Shown here: positions 39,836-51,449 of the stretch, piece by piece
Layout of the letters: the number at the start of each line of letters is the position of its first letter
Position numbering within the stretch: the stretch's first letter is position 1
From: Eledone cirrhosa
Lineage: Eukaryota
NCBI GenBank assembly: GCA_964016885.1
Contig: OZ024748.1
Coordinates: 22,692,001-22,756,000 of the forward strand
Length of the DNA: 64,000 bases
Direction: 5' to 3'
The notes under the pieces: generated by a model
Told to the model about the DNA's origin: nothing
Seen by the model: only the letters and a program-made list of their open reading frames with translations
The model's database searches: none
Translations under genes and position numbers: made by a program

Positions 39836-40480
39836 GATGGTAGTCAACAACAAGTTAACAGTAAAGTGTTCGTTGGCCGGTGTACAGAAGACATGACCGA
39901 AGATGACCTTCTTACGTATTTCTCTAAATATGGTGAAGTCATTGATGTCTTTATCCCCAAACCATTCCGGGCGTTTGCATTTGTTACATTCACCGATCCT
40001 GATATTGCTCAAGCTCTGTGTGGCGAGGACCACATTGTGAAGAACGTCAGCGTTCATGTGAGCAGTGCACTGCCGAAACCTGCAGATAAACATAACAGTG
40101 GCAATTCTGGCAACTGGGATAGGCGTGGTCCTCAAGGCAACTATAATCAAGGTTATGGACAGGGTGGTTGGAATCAGGGGAACCGCAATAGTAATGGCAA
40201 TATGAATGGACCCCCAATGAATTTTGGCAACTTTCAGATAAATCCAGCGATGTTGGCGGCTGCTCAGGCCATGCTTAGTGGACCTGGGGGTTGGGGGCCT
40301 TTAGGAATGGGGCAAGGTGGAGGTGGAGAGTCTAACAGTCAAAATAGTAACCAAAGCTTCGGTAGTATTGGTAGTGGTCCCAATAACAATTATTTAGGTT
40401 GGGGTGGCCCTGCAGAAAATGGTCAAGGTCATTCAGCAAATTGGGGTGGTTCACTGTCTAAGTCTGGTGGATGGAATTAA
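39836..40480 (+). CDS. TARDBP: TDP-43 copy A, coding exon 4 (RRM2 plus Gly/Asn/Gln-rich C-terminal domain)
   Basis: tag|[19 protein letters not shown]...[14 protein letters not shown]...[13 protein letters not shown]...SKSGGWN*; total CDS 1188 nt, 395 aa. Confidence 0.97.
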   Translation, partial: DGSQQQVNSKVFVGRCTEDMTEDDLLTYFSKYGEVIDVFIPKPFRAFAFVTFTDPDIAQALCGEDHIVKNVSVHVSSALPKPADKHNSGNSGNWDRRGPQGNYNQGYGQGGWNQGNRNSNGNMNGPPMNFGNFQINPAMLAAAQAMLSGPGGWGPLGMGQGGGGESNSQNSNQSFGSIGSGPNNNYLGWGGPAENGQGHSANWGGSLSKSGGWN

Positions 40481-43400
40481 CGGCTGATCATTGTTTGCAA
40501 TGCATTTTTAATATATATATTTTTTCCTCCATCTTTTGTCTTTTCTTCACTCGGTCCCATTCATACCTGATTCACTGTTCTTTAGCAGTTGTCATGTTTA
40601 TTTTTGATCTTGTCAAATTTGCCATAAGTCAAGGCCTTTTCATTTAATCACTCAGTCCAGTTAATTTTTTAAAGTGTATGTATGTGTATATATGTATACA
40701 TGTGTGTGTATATATATATATGTATACATGTGTGTGTATATATACTATATACACACTGACCTTTTTATTAGCTGGACTTCCATCTTTTTCATTTTGATTT
40801 CCTTCTCTTTCCCCCCTCCCTCATACTTTTGTTATACACGTTTGTTGAATGTTGTGAGTGGTATGTCATACTTCACTTTCTCCTTTAACTGCCGACCAAC
40901 TTTAGACAGCAGCACCCTTAGAACAGCCCCTCTATCTATAAATACAGTATTTTCTGCTACATTTTCACTTCATTTAGTGAAATTTCTTGATGTGCAGCTT
41001 GACTCTAAAGAGAGACGTTGATTGAACTGTCTAAATTGTCTCCCCTTACCCTATACATTCCCTCTACTTTTCTTCTCCCCCTACCCCCTATGCTCTAGGG
41101 TGAACAGCTTCCTATCATTCATCTACTCACTATTTTTTTCCTTCTCATTAAAATGACTCTATGAAAAAAAAATATTCCACTAAAATTTACTTCCATCTCT
41201 TCATTGTTTGATTTTTCTGCTGCTGTATTGCCTGAAAAGAATCCCTTATTGACTTTTTTTTTTTCCATTTCTATTTGTAAACACTTCTTTTTCTCTCCCT
41301 CCCCATGAATGAGTGTTAGCTTTGGTCAGGGTCAGTGAAATTCATTTTAGTTGTGTGGTGGGTGACCATGGTAATATGTAAATAGTTGCCAGTTGTTTGG
41401 ATTGCACGCACGGACTGATGCACGCATGGCGGATGTGAACGAACTGAATCAACTTTGTTGAATGGGTGACGGATGTCTCCTTTTTTTGCGTGTTGAATGG
41501 GAGCTGATCTGTAGAGAAAGTAAATAAATATAAAATGCATGAAGGTCTTGTGTTTTGTGGCAGTTGAGAGAGTTTGCTCTTTGTTGCAGAGGCTGGGCAA
41601 GAATACAAAGAAGATTGTGTATTTAGTTGAATGTCTGGGACTTGTTTTAAAAAATGAAACAGGTTCGAATATTGGTAAAATTGCATTAAATTATTTATTT
41701 TTTTTCCCCCATCCCATTCCACAGCAAGCTGCCCTTTTCCTATTATGCTTGGCACCGAAAATAAGAAACAATTGTTTGTAAATTTGTGTTTAGGGTAATA
41801 AGTGTATATATTTAAATTAAACCAGTAAATTATTTCAAATCAGTTTAAAGTTAACCTATTGAGAGATTTCAAATTCCATTTGGTTTATAGCATTTAAAAA
41901 AAAATAAATTAAAACGTTATGAAAGGAGGGGATAATTTCCAGTTTGATGCTGTGTCAAAGAATACTAGTGAGTGAAATAAAAATTACTGCTATATCATTT
42001 TTAGGAATCCGGCTAATTTCCCTCCCAATAAGCTTCATTACAACTAAATAATTTTCATAATGAATTTCCTTTTAAAATATTTCAAATGACTTGGCATGGA
42101 TTCCTTCTTCCTGCAAAAAAAGAACCCTTAATGATATTTATTGCCATGTTTTTTGTCATCATTACAACTGGTGGAGAGGGACATATCAGGCAATGCCTGT
42201 TGATGAAACTGTTTTTCTTCACAGCAAATTTTAACTATTTTCCTCCATTGCAATATATTGTTTCTTCAGCTGCGTGTGACGCTGCCTAATAACAGCTGCT
42301 GTCTTCAACCTGTCTGTGATAACATGGTGTCGGCTACATTTGTAAACTCCATTTTTATTTTTATGAAAAAAATACAAAAACCCAAAAAAAAAGACTTTTC
42401 GTACAGTGCCATTGACTGTATCTCAGGGATAAATTAGATATTGGCCTTTCGTATTTTTTTTTTATTTGTTCTCTAAATAGTATTTTCTAAGGTGTTATAT
42501 ATTTTTGCGATTTTTCTCCTTCCCCTATGCTTTTTGGAAGCTGTACTTTAAGAAGCTTCCTGCTAGTACTTATTTCTTTTTTCAGCTGTATTGATACCTT
42601 GTGGGCATAAAGGTAAGTCATTTACAATGTAACCTGGCTTGGTTGTTTCTTGCCATACTGGCTGTGAGGTAGCAGTTTCTTTTGGGGAATATTAACTATG
42701 GTGTAGTGGTGTTGTAGTTCAATTAATATCCTGTAATGATTTGGTAGAAAATTTCTAAATATGGGGTCTCTTAATTCAAATGATTATATCTTTACTACTA
42801 GTGGACAGATCATTGGAAGTTTGGAGGTGATTCTTTCCTGGGACACTGACCACATCCGTATTATCAGAGCAGTGATCTCTCAATTTGGAGTATCAGGAAT
42901 GACTGATCTCTGAGCAACTAAAGACTCTTTGAAGGAATCCCATTTTGGCTGCTTGTATTTGCAATCATATTTTTTCGCTTATTACTCCTGATTCATGGCC
43001 ATAGATAGATGTTGGCACGTATACATAAGTTCATGTTTTTTTGGTTTTATTTAAATTGTCCGTCACAATATGCTTTGGTTGGACGCAATAGAAAGCTACG
43101 CATATGGTTCAATTAGAGCTTTATTATCATTGTTCTTTTTAATGAGTTTTGGCTAAACAATCGCCATGTTTATTACTGGCCTGTTGGGAGCATGTATTTT
43201 CATTGGGCCTCGTATATACATACATACACATCCACATGATCAGTGGTAACTCTAGCTCGTTGATTTTTATCCAGATCTGGTACTATCATTTTACACGATT
43301 CTAGTAACCATACAATTTAGAGAAGCTGATGCTAAAATTCTATTGAATGTAACTGTAATGGATGAAATTAATACACACACACACACACACACACACTAAT

Positions 43401-43504
43401 GGGTTTATGACTGGCTTTGGTACAAATACCAACCCTGTTATTTCCATTTAATTGAAACTGAAGACAGCAGGGCTATTTTGTACATCATGGTAATCATTTT
43501 TCTT

Positions 43505-43688
43505 GATTGCTAAAGAATATCAATATTTTCAAGGACGGAATATTTCAACAACTGTTAATTACAAAAAAAATATTTTTCTGCCAAGTGTATATTAAGGATT
43601 GCTAAAGAATATCAATATTTTCAAGGATGGAATATTTCAACAACTGTGAATTACAAAAAAAATATTTTTCTGCCAAGTGTATATTAAG
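43505..43688. repeat. Near-perfect ~92-nt tandem duplication
   Basis: gattgctaaagaatatcaatattttcaagga...ctgccaagtgtatattaag occurs twice. Confidence 0.9.
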
Positions 43689-44116
43689 GAAAATGTGGGA
43701 ACATTTAAGTGGAGGTCATGTTGCACGCAACTTAAATCAGTAACATGTCAAAAATTGAATCCGCTGGAAAGTTGTGAAGCTAATTTAAAAGTAATGAAAC
43801 ACAATTCCATTTGAGATTTTAAAGATTATTAATAGTTAAGATATGCCTTTCAGTCTGAGCAGGTATTGCACGTCATGAACATGTTCTGTGATATTTCTTT
43901 TGGAATCAACTTGTATATGCTGGAGTTGCCACTAAAATATACATGCATAACAATAGTTTACAATGTTCTGATATGTAATGGCTACACCTAACATGCTTTT
44001 AGCTGGTGCCATACTAAAATGCCTATAGTACACTCTAAGATGGTTGGCGTTAGGCAGAGCATCCAGCTGAAGGAAACATGGCCATTTAATTCTGGGTGAA
44101 CACGGGTTAATGTTTT

Positions 44117-44409
44117 TATATTTTGTAACTTTGTCAACGTAAATGCTGGTTTCAGTGCTATGCTTGAAGTGTTACTATCGTCCAATCTTGAATTTAGTTT
44201 ATCGTTCACAGGAGTATTTTAGGTTCTTTAGTTCCAAATGTCTATCATTTTACCTCCAGTTATAACAAGGTCTCTGAGGAATGTATATTGGGTCCGTAAA
44301 ATGATAGATATTTTGAACTTAAGAATCTAAAATACTCCCATGAATAATAAACTGTAAAGATAGGATGGCACTGAAACCAGTATTTACATTGACAAAGTCA
44401 TAAAATATA
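44117..44409. repeat. Long imperfect inverted repeat
   Basis: Outer arms 44117-44160 / ~44366-44409; inner arms ~44195-44252 / ~44296-44353. Confidence 0.85.
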
Positions 44410-45596
44410 GACCCACAGAATAAGCAATGAATATATGTAGAACCAGTAAATTTGCATTTTGATATGGGTTGCATAAGAGAAACTATAGTTTCAGTTGATT
44501 AGTCACATGGAAGTGTTAAATAATATTTTAATTAAATTTTCATATATGTACAAATAATTCATAGCATCAGGTGTATGACTGAAATATTTACAGAGGCAAA
44601 TATAGAATAGGAACCCAGAGGCTTATTGGAAAGAAAACTTAGTGTATCTACCTGAAAAAGTGCCTTTTTATATATATACACACTTCAATAAGGTTGAAGA
44701 TGAAATTGATCTAAATTGCTAGTGTATTCATTTAAAACCTGCATTTTTAATAAGTTTTATATATAACTGGATAATGAAGTCTATGTATGTATGTGTATAT
44801 ATATATATATATATATATACACTTTACTGAATCTCTTACAATGAGTTATGTAAATAGCACCAGGGAGGGGGGGGGGGGTTAAATTGGTTTTATTTAACCC
44901 ATTAGTATTTACATTGTATATATACTATTCTATTTTTGTTGTAAAGGCACAATATTTTGAGAGCAATAAATGTGAACAGCCAGTTTGTACAGAAAGAGGT
45001 GAAGTAATTTTGGCTGGTTTAAATGATGATCAAGTTATGTATCAGCTATCCTAGAAATTGTATATGAAAAATACCATGTTATCAGGTTTACCAGATGTGA
45101 AAGAACTCGACCCTTTATGTGGGAGGTCCAACAAAAAGCTTCATTGACTACTGAATAATTCATTATTTTAAAGTGTTATCACATGATTGATCTGAACTAT
45201 ATTTAAGAGCTGTTTTTGTAGCAAATGAAACTGGTGCTTTTTGCATAAAGTTCGATGGATGTTGCAACACGGTCTGGTTTATTTAAGAGCAATGTCTGGC
45301 TGGATATGAAACTTAGATGCTTACAGAAAATTATGATGAGATGGAAGGTTTTTAATTTAAAATTTGGAACTTGGACCTAGAAACATTCACAGGTATGTTG
45401 GTATCAAAAAGGGTTAATGAATTTTTGCAAGTGGATAACTTGAGAACATTTTTTTATCCATTTTAATTGTGATAGACACATGGTCTACATCTGGAACTTT
45501 TGCATCTTGTGGATCACCAAAAGATATCTTAAACACCTCACTATAATGTGCAATCATTGAATCTTTTTATTAAAAGTAATGAAAGGGAATACTAAG

Positions 45597-45639
<43 letters not shown>

Positions 45640-48639
45640 TGGAAGCATATTTTCTCAATCTTATTCATACTATTGAGTGTACATTATCCTCAAACTAATA
45701 AGCTAGTTTCAGTACTTGCAACTATGGACATTAATAACAACACACCTGGCTACCTGGTGGTGTGCTGTAATTCTAAATCTTTAGAAAATTTTACTCATTA
45801 CTAGACAATGGGACTGGAAGATGGCACTTGCATAAGTTGCTGCAGTAGGATTGAATTTGAAACCATATGAACTTAACCACACTGATAGTACTGGGGTTGA
45901 TTTAATGAACATTGCCCAGCCTTGTGCCTAGATTAAAAACTAATATTAACTGTAGAAAAAAAGCTAAAGATGGAACATATTGATCAAGACCACATTTTTT
46001 TCCTGTGGAAAATGAATAAATAGTGGTGCTGATATCAGAAATACTATGTTAAGCATTTAATTTCTTGTTGCCTTGTTTCATATTCCACCTGTTGAATTTG
46101 CTTTTAATGTAAATAACAAAATAATTCAATTGACATTTAATGTGGATTCAATTGTAACATGCTGTCTTCACAAAAGCCATCTGGTAATCTTCTCAATATT
46201 GTTTAACGGGCATTTTTCATAGCATTGGTTGGATGAGTTGTCCTATTGTGAAGATGACCTTTTGGATTGGTTTCCACAGCTGGATTCCCTTCCTAACGTC
46301 AACCACATTATCAGTGTGTACTGGGTGCATTTTTGTTGTACCAAAATGACCACTTTACAGTGCGGATTCATCATCGTTTAATATCCAATTTCCACTAGCA
46401 TGTGTTAGACAAGTCCCACTTAAGGCAATTTGGGTCAGCTAACTGTATTGCTCATATAGATCTTTCTGGCTAGATACCTTTCCTAATGCCAACCATATTT
46501 ACAGTGTGTGCTGGGTGCCTTTTCTTGTGAGAACAGCTTTACAGTACAAGGGTGCTGTGGTGTGGACTGGAGATTTGTGGGGGTGAATGGAAGGGAGTAT
46601 AGTGGTTAAGAGGTGCCTACAAGATACAGGAAATTTTCAGTTGTTCAAAATACCTTGCAATTTTTGTTCCAGTTTCTTACACTAAGTTAAAATCCTGTGG
46701 GGCAGAACCTGTTCAAATACTGTGGGGTCGATAAAGTGGATTGGCTGTTAGTGTTAATAAATGGAACAATACAGTCAAACTTTGGTTATCTAATCAATCA
46801 TCCAAACAAGATACTTTAAATATTTTATTAGCCATTATGTGTAATTTGAACTCAAGAATAATACTGGTGTTTTTGTTACCATTAATTAAAATTTATTCAA
46901 TTTACTGAATGACATGAAATCATTACAAGAAAGAAAAATTATCAATGGTTACATTTTTTGTTACTATAGTTCTAATAAATTATGTTACGTATGACTTCAA
47001 TAATAATTTTGAAAATAGGCAAAAATTAAGCAGGGATTTAACTACTTATTAAGTTGGTGCTTGCAGTAACCTTAAGAAAGGATTGTACATAAATTTATGA
47101 TGGAAGTTCTCTTAAAAATAAATAGACATTTAAAAAAAGATAGGAAGTTTTGTATCTTAGAACTAGGCACTGTTTGGTATCAAAAGGAGTTATTTATTGC
47201 ACATCTTGGTCAGTATGTAATCGGATCTCAGTGAGATTAAAGTTTAAAAATAATTTTAACACATGGAAATGATTGACATGCTGAAGGATTTCCAAGTAAA
47301 AACCATGGTCTCTGCTGTATTCATTCTGAGTATGTCTGTAACATGTAATCAAATCTGTTGCTTGAGAAGTAACATTTTACCCTGTCTGGATCGGAGTGAA
47401 AAAGTAGCAATCATCATCATTTTATGTCTTCTTTCCACACTGGGATGGATTGCCATAGTCTGAGATCAGACAGGTCAAAGTAACTCATCTTGCTTGTTTG
47501 ATATGCCAACCATCTTACAAAATGTGCTGGGTGTGTTTTTTGTGACACAAGCATTACCGCTTTACAGTAAACTGGATGCATTTCACTGTAGTACTAATAC
47601 TTTAGAGGATGTACTGCATGCATTTTAATGTGGCACTAATGTTAGTGAGGTTGTTGAATGCCAGACCAGACTGAAGTCTTAAACCTGACATTGATTTTGA
47701 TCACCACACTTAGTGTCTGGAAAATTCAGGAAAACTATAAATATATTAAAAAATGATAATTATGTTCGCTTAGTTATAGAAAGAAAATATTCTCTGCCTC
47801 TCCTGTTCTGTTCAGATAACCAAGGTCTAAGGGAAAACACTACAGGTGAGCTTTTACGATAATAAATACATATATAGGGTCTTCGATATTTGATATAGTG
47901 AATTGAAAAACGTCATTCAACTGAGATTATCAAGGCAATTAGTAGATAAAATCTCCTCTAGGGATATATTTAAATCTATAAATACGAAGCCAGGGAAATA
48001 ATTTGAATAAAATCAGTTAATAGAGACAATGCAGCTAGTGAAAAGTGCAGACATGTTTCAGTCTCATTAAAAGTCCTCAGTGAAGCATATTCTACTGTTT
48101 TGATAAAAATATATATATGTATAGAGTCTGCAGTACTGAGACAGGGGAGACCACTAATCATGGAAGTACTCAATGCATGGGAAGATGCAGAGTGGGTATA
48201 TAGAGAGATATGAATATAACTGTAATACCAAGCTTTCTGTTTATGTGTGTGTATATATGTATGTATATATATATATAAGCGTAAAAATATATATAACACA
48301 AATGAAGGTGAAGAATTATATATGGTGGTATATAATTGCCAAACCGGTTAGAAATAGCTGAATGTGTTAATATATTAGTCTGAAGTGGATTTTTTTTTAG
48401 AGAGAAAAGGTTTGACATAAACAGCAAATATATAGATAGAAAGATTATGTATATATAGTCGGCAGTGAGGAGACTACACACACATACATATATATATACA
48501 TATACATATAGCTTAATGTATTGTAACCTTGTTGTTGGTTCACCAACTTGAGCACTCGATGCATAAGTAAGTCTGTTTAAGTATAGTATGTGGTGTTATA
48601 CTATGGTCGGTTTCGTTCACAAGCAGAGTGTAATATTAC

Positions 48640-48915
48640 TAATAAGAACGAAATATCAAAATATCATTAAGTTTATTCAGGTGTGATGCGCATTTCATGA
48701 TTGATCAGTTCAAGGTTCGTTCTATATCGATCTGGCTTGACTTGGGAATCAATAGTTCATCAGACTCTTGGTTCGTTAATGATGAGAGATACCCGCGGAT
48801 GAACTACTGATTCCAGAGTCGAGCCCGATCGAACCATGAGCTGATCAATCGCGAAACGCGCTTCATGCATGAATAAACTTAATGATGATACTCTGACACC
48901 TCGTTCCTACTTATC
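48640..48915. repeat. Long imperfect inverted repeat
   Basis: atcattaagtttattca...gaatcaatagttcatc pairs with gatgaactactgattc...tgaataaacttaatgat; several mismatches are CpG-type transitions. Confidence 0.88.
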
Positions 48916-48931
48916 ATTTATATATATATAA

Positions 48932-49042
48932 TAACGGATTAAAGTTTAAGCAAAGAATCGCTGCTTTCACCCTTAACGGGATCTTCAGAAGATCCCGTTA
49001 AGGGTGAAAGCAGCGATTCTTTGCTTAAACTCTAATCTGTTA
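48932..49042. repeat. Near-perfect palindrome (44-bp perfect arms, 1-nt centre)
   Basis: 48943-48986 is the exact reverse complement of 48988-49031. Confidence 0.95.
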
Positions 49043-50059
49043 CTTTAATAAATATTTGGTCTACGGTTCTTATATATTTGATATATATTTATCCTTATCG
49101 AGCCCTCTTTGGATTTTAGTCTTCAAATTTACTATTATTACTATATATCTATATATATATCAGAACAGAGGTAATGTATCGATGCTGGTCATGAAGGAAA
49201 ATACTTCGGGTGAGCGTTTTACATACTAAATAGAAATACGGTAGGGCCTCAGATATATAAATATTGTGTGATGAAAAGCTCGATTAAAATTTCGTCTGCC
49301 GGTGTGTTGTTTCTATTAGCAGATATACTGAAAAGAAATGTCATAAAATTCCAATATTATGAACTAAGAAAGCCTGCAGGTTCTGAGATTTATCAAATAA
49401 TCGCTGTTTGTACTTTACTTTAAAACTATATAACGAAGTTTATCAAAATTCTTCATTGTTCATTCGAATTTGAAGTTTAAGGTTGAAAAAAACATGAAAA
49501 AAAGGGTATTTATTCATATATTCGTACCTTAAAAAGCTCTATATAATTGTTTCTACTTTTGGCACAAGGCCATCAATTATCAGAGTGTATTACTGGTACT
49601 TTATTTTATCGACCCTGTAAGGATGAAACTTAACCTCGGCCGGATTATCATTAATGTATAGAACGAAATCTTGTAGTTAAACCCAGAAAAAATATTTAAG
49701 TTTAAATGAATCTGTTTGACAAAATAAATCTGATATATTTCTGAAAAGTGAAACTGTCTAATTTTTAAATTTGTTAAAAAACAAACTAATGAACTAAAAA
49801 AAAATAAAAACAGTTGTAAGGGTAGAGGATGATGAAAATAAAATATGTAGAATAATTTTCTGTATATTACTTAAATTTAATTACAGATTATATTTCAACA
49901 AATATATTTTTATTTTCAACTGATCGGAAAATATTTTTTGATATTTTTCAAACGAAAATGATGACGAGAAAGAGGTTATAATAGGAAGGGGGGTGACCTT
50001 TCTTCCTAATAGAAATCGGTTGAGAATAAGAAGGTAGCGAGGGAACGTGATTTGGCTAA

Positions 50060-50290
50060 AATGAGCCAATCAAAATGCGTCATTTTTCTCGCAGCTTTGT
50101 TAAATAATTTCATTACATTAATATTTTTCAATTAAAATTGATTTGAATGTTAAGTTTTGATTATTTAAAACTACTTATATAAATATATAATATTAATATT
50201 TATAAAAAATAATTTTCTCTTTCAAAATCAGGTCAGCGTAGCGCGAGATCATAAGAAATTTCTAATCGTTGAAGGTAATCCGCCATATTT
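50060..50290 (+). promoter_or_regulatory. Putative promoter region of TDP-43 copy B
   Basis: CCAAT box (agccaatc), CRE half-site (cgtca), YY1-type ccgccatattt at ~50280, and locally elevated CpG. Confidence 0.45.
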
Positions 50291-50426
50291 ACATGCTGAG
50301 TTTTGTGGCTGTACTTCATTGGTTTCCCTCTCTTCTTGATCTCGACGTATAACATCGCCTGAAAAGAAACAACCAAGTCTTAAGCTATATTCTTTAATAC
50401 TTTTGTTCGTGTTGCAAATATTCAGG

Positions 50427-50664
50427 ATGAGCCAGTACATCCAAGTTGCCGAAGATGAGAATGACGAACCAATCGAGGTACCAACCGAAGAAGATGGGGC
50501 TTTGCTTCTCACCACTCTAGTCGCCCAGTTTCCCGGTGCTTGCGGCCTGAAATATCGCAACCCTGAAACATGTGGCATGCGTGGGGTTCGTCTCACCGAC
50601 GGTCGTCTTCACCCGCCCGACGAAGGCTGGGGAAACCTTGTATATATCTCTGTCTTCCCTAAAG
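50427..50664 (+). CDS. TARDBP: TDP-43 copy B, coding exon 1 (N-terminal domain)
   Basis: [24 protein letters not shown]...[13 protein letters not shown]|gtatg; 238 nt, phase 1. Confidence 0.97.
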
Positions 50665-51408
50665 GTATGAACCCTTAATATCTTATTTGCCGCCTTCACC
50701 ATAAAATTAACATCGCCTTTAAGATCTATAGTGACTCACCCCATATTTCATTGTAGCTTCGTTCGTAATATATATATATATAAAGCACTTTAGGATTTAA
50801 AAAAAATACTTTTAAAGTAATTTTTTGTCAATATTCAATAGTACTTTAGATTTTTCTATTTGTCTATGTATATTTTTAAATAGTTTTTTCAATATGTCTG
50901 TATTATTGTTCCTTATTTTTTATTCTCCCTTCTCCTTTGTCCGCCATTATTCTTTCCTGCCTGCCGCTCATGAAACCCTTTTGTCTGGCCATCTCATATA
51001 TGTAGTAGTTTCTTAATATCTAGCCAACATTCTGCAATAACTCAATCACACTCGTGTAGCAATCTCTCGCTCATCATGGTTAAACGGTTGAAATAAAATA
51101 AAATTTGAAAGAAAATCGCATGTCGAAAGTAACGATGAGTAACGACAAAAAAATTTTTTTTTTCTTAAAAAGGGAAAATCGGTGCGTAATGTACAACATT
51201 GTCGACTTTTCACATGAAACAAAGACATTTTTCAAAAATCTTTTTTTCAAGTAATCGAATTTTTTTCTCGCCATACTGCATATCAGAGTTAAGATGTTTT
51301 AAATTTTGAACGCTTAAAGTAATATCTATAAACTAAATATATAACATTTAAACTTTAATAGTTGAATGTTAATATATATGTAATAAATGACATATATATA
51401 AGCGTCAA

Positions 51409-51449
<41 letters not shown>

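Noticed and set aside
39821-40150. Antisense ORFs over TDP-43 exons (also 50249-50596 and 59092-59610)
   Set aside because: Expected shadow ORFs of coding sequence, with no recognisable protein features.
42809-42880. C/D snoRNA suggested by the terminal stem agatcattg/cagtgatct
   Set aside because: No properly placed RUGAUGA C box or terminal CUGA D box.
50403-50426. N-terminal extension of TDP-43 B in the ORF track
   Set aside because: Starts at TTG; homology with copy A places the start at ATG 50427.
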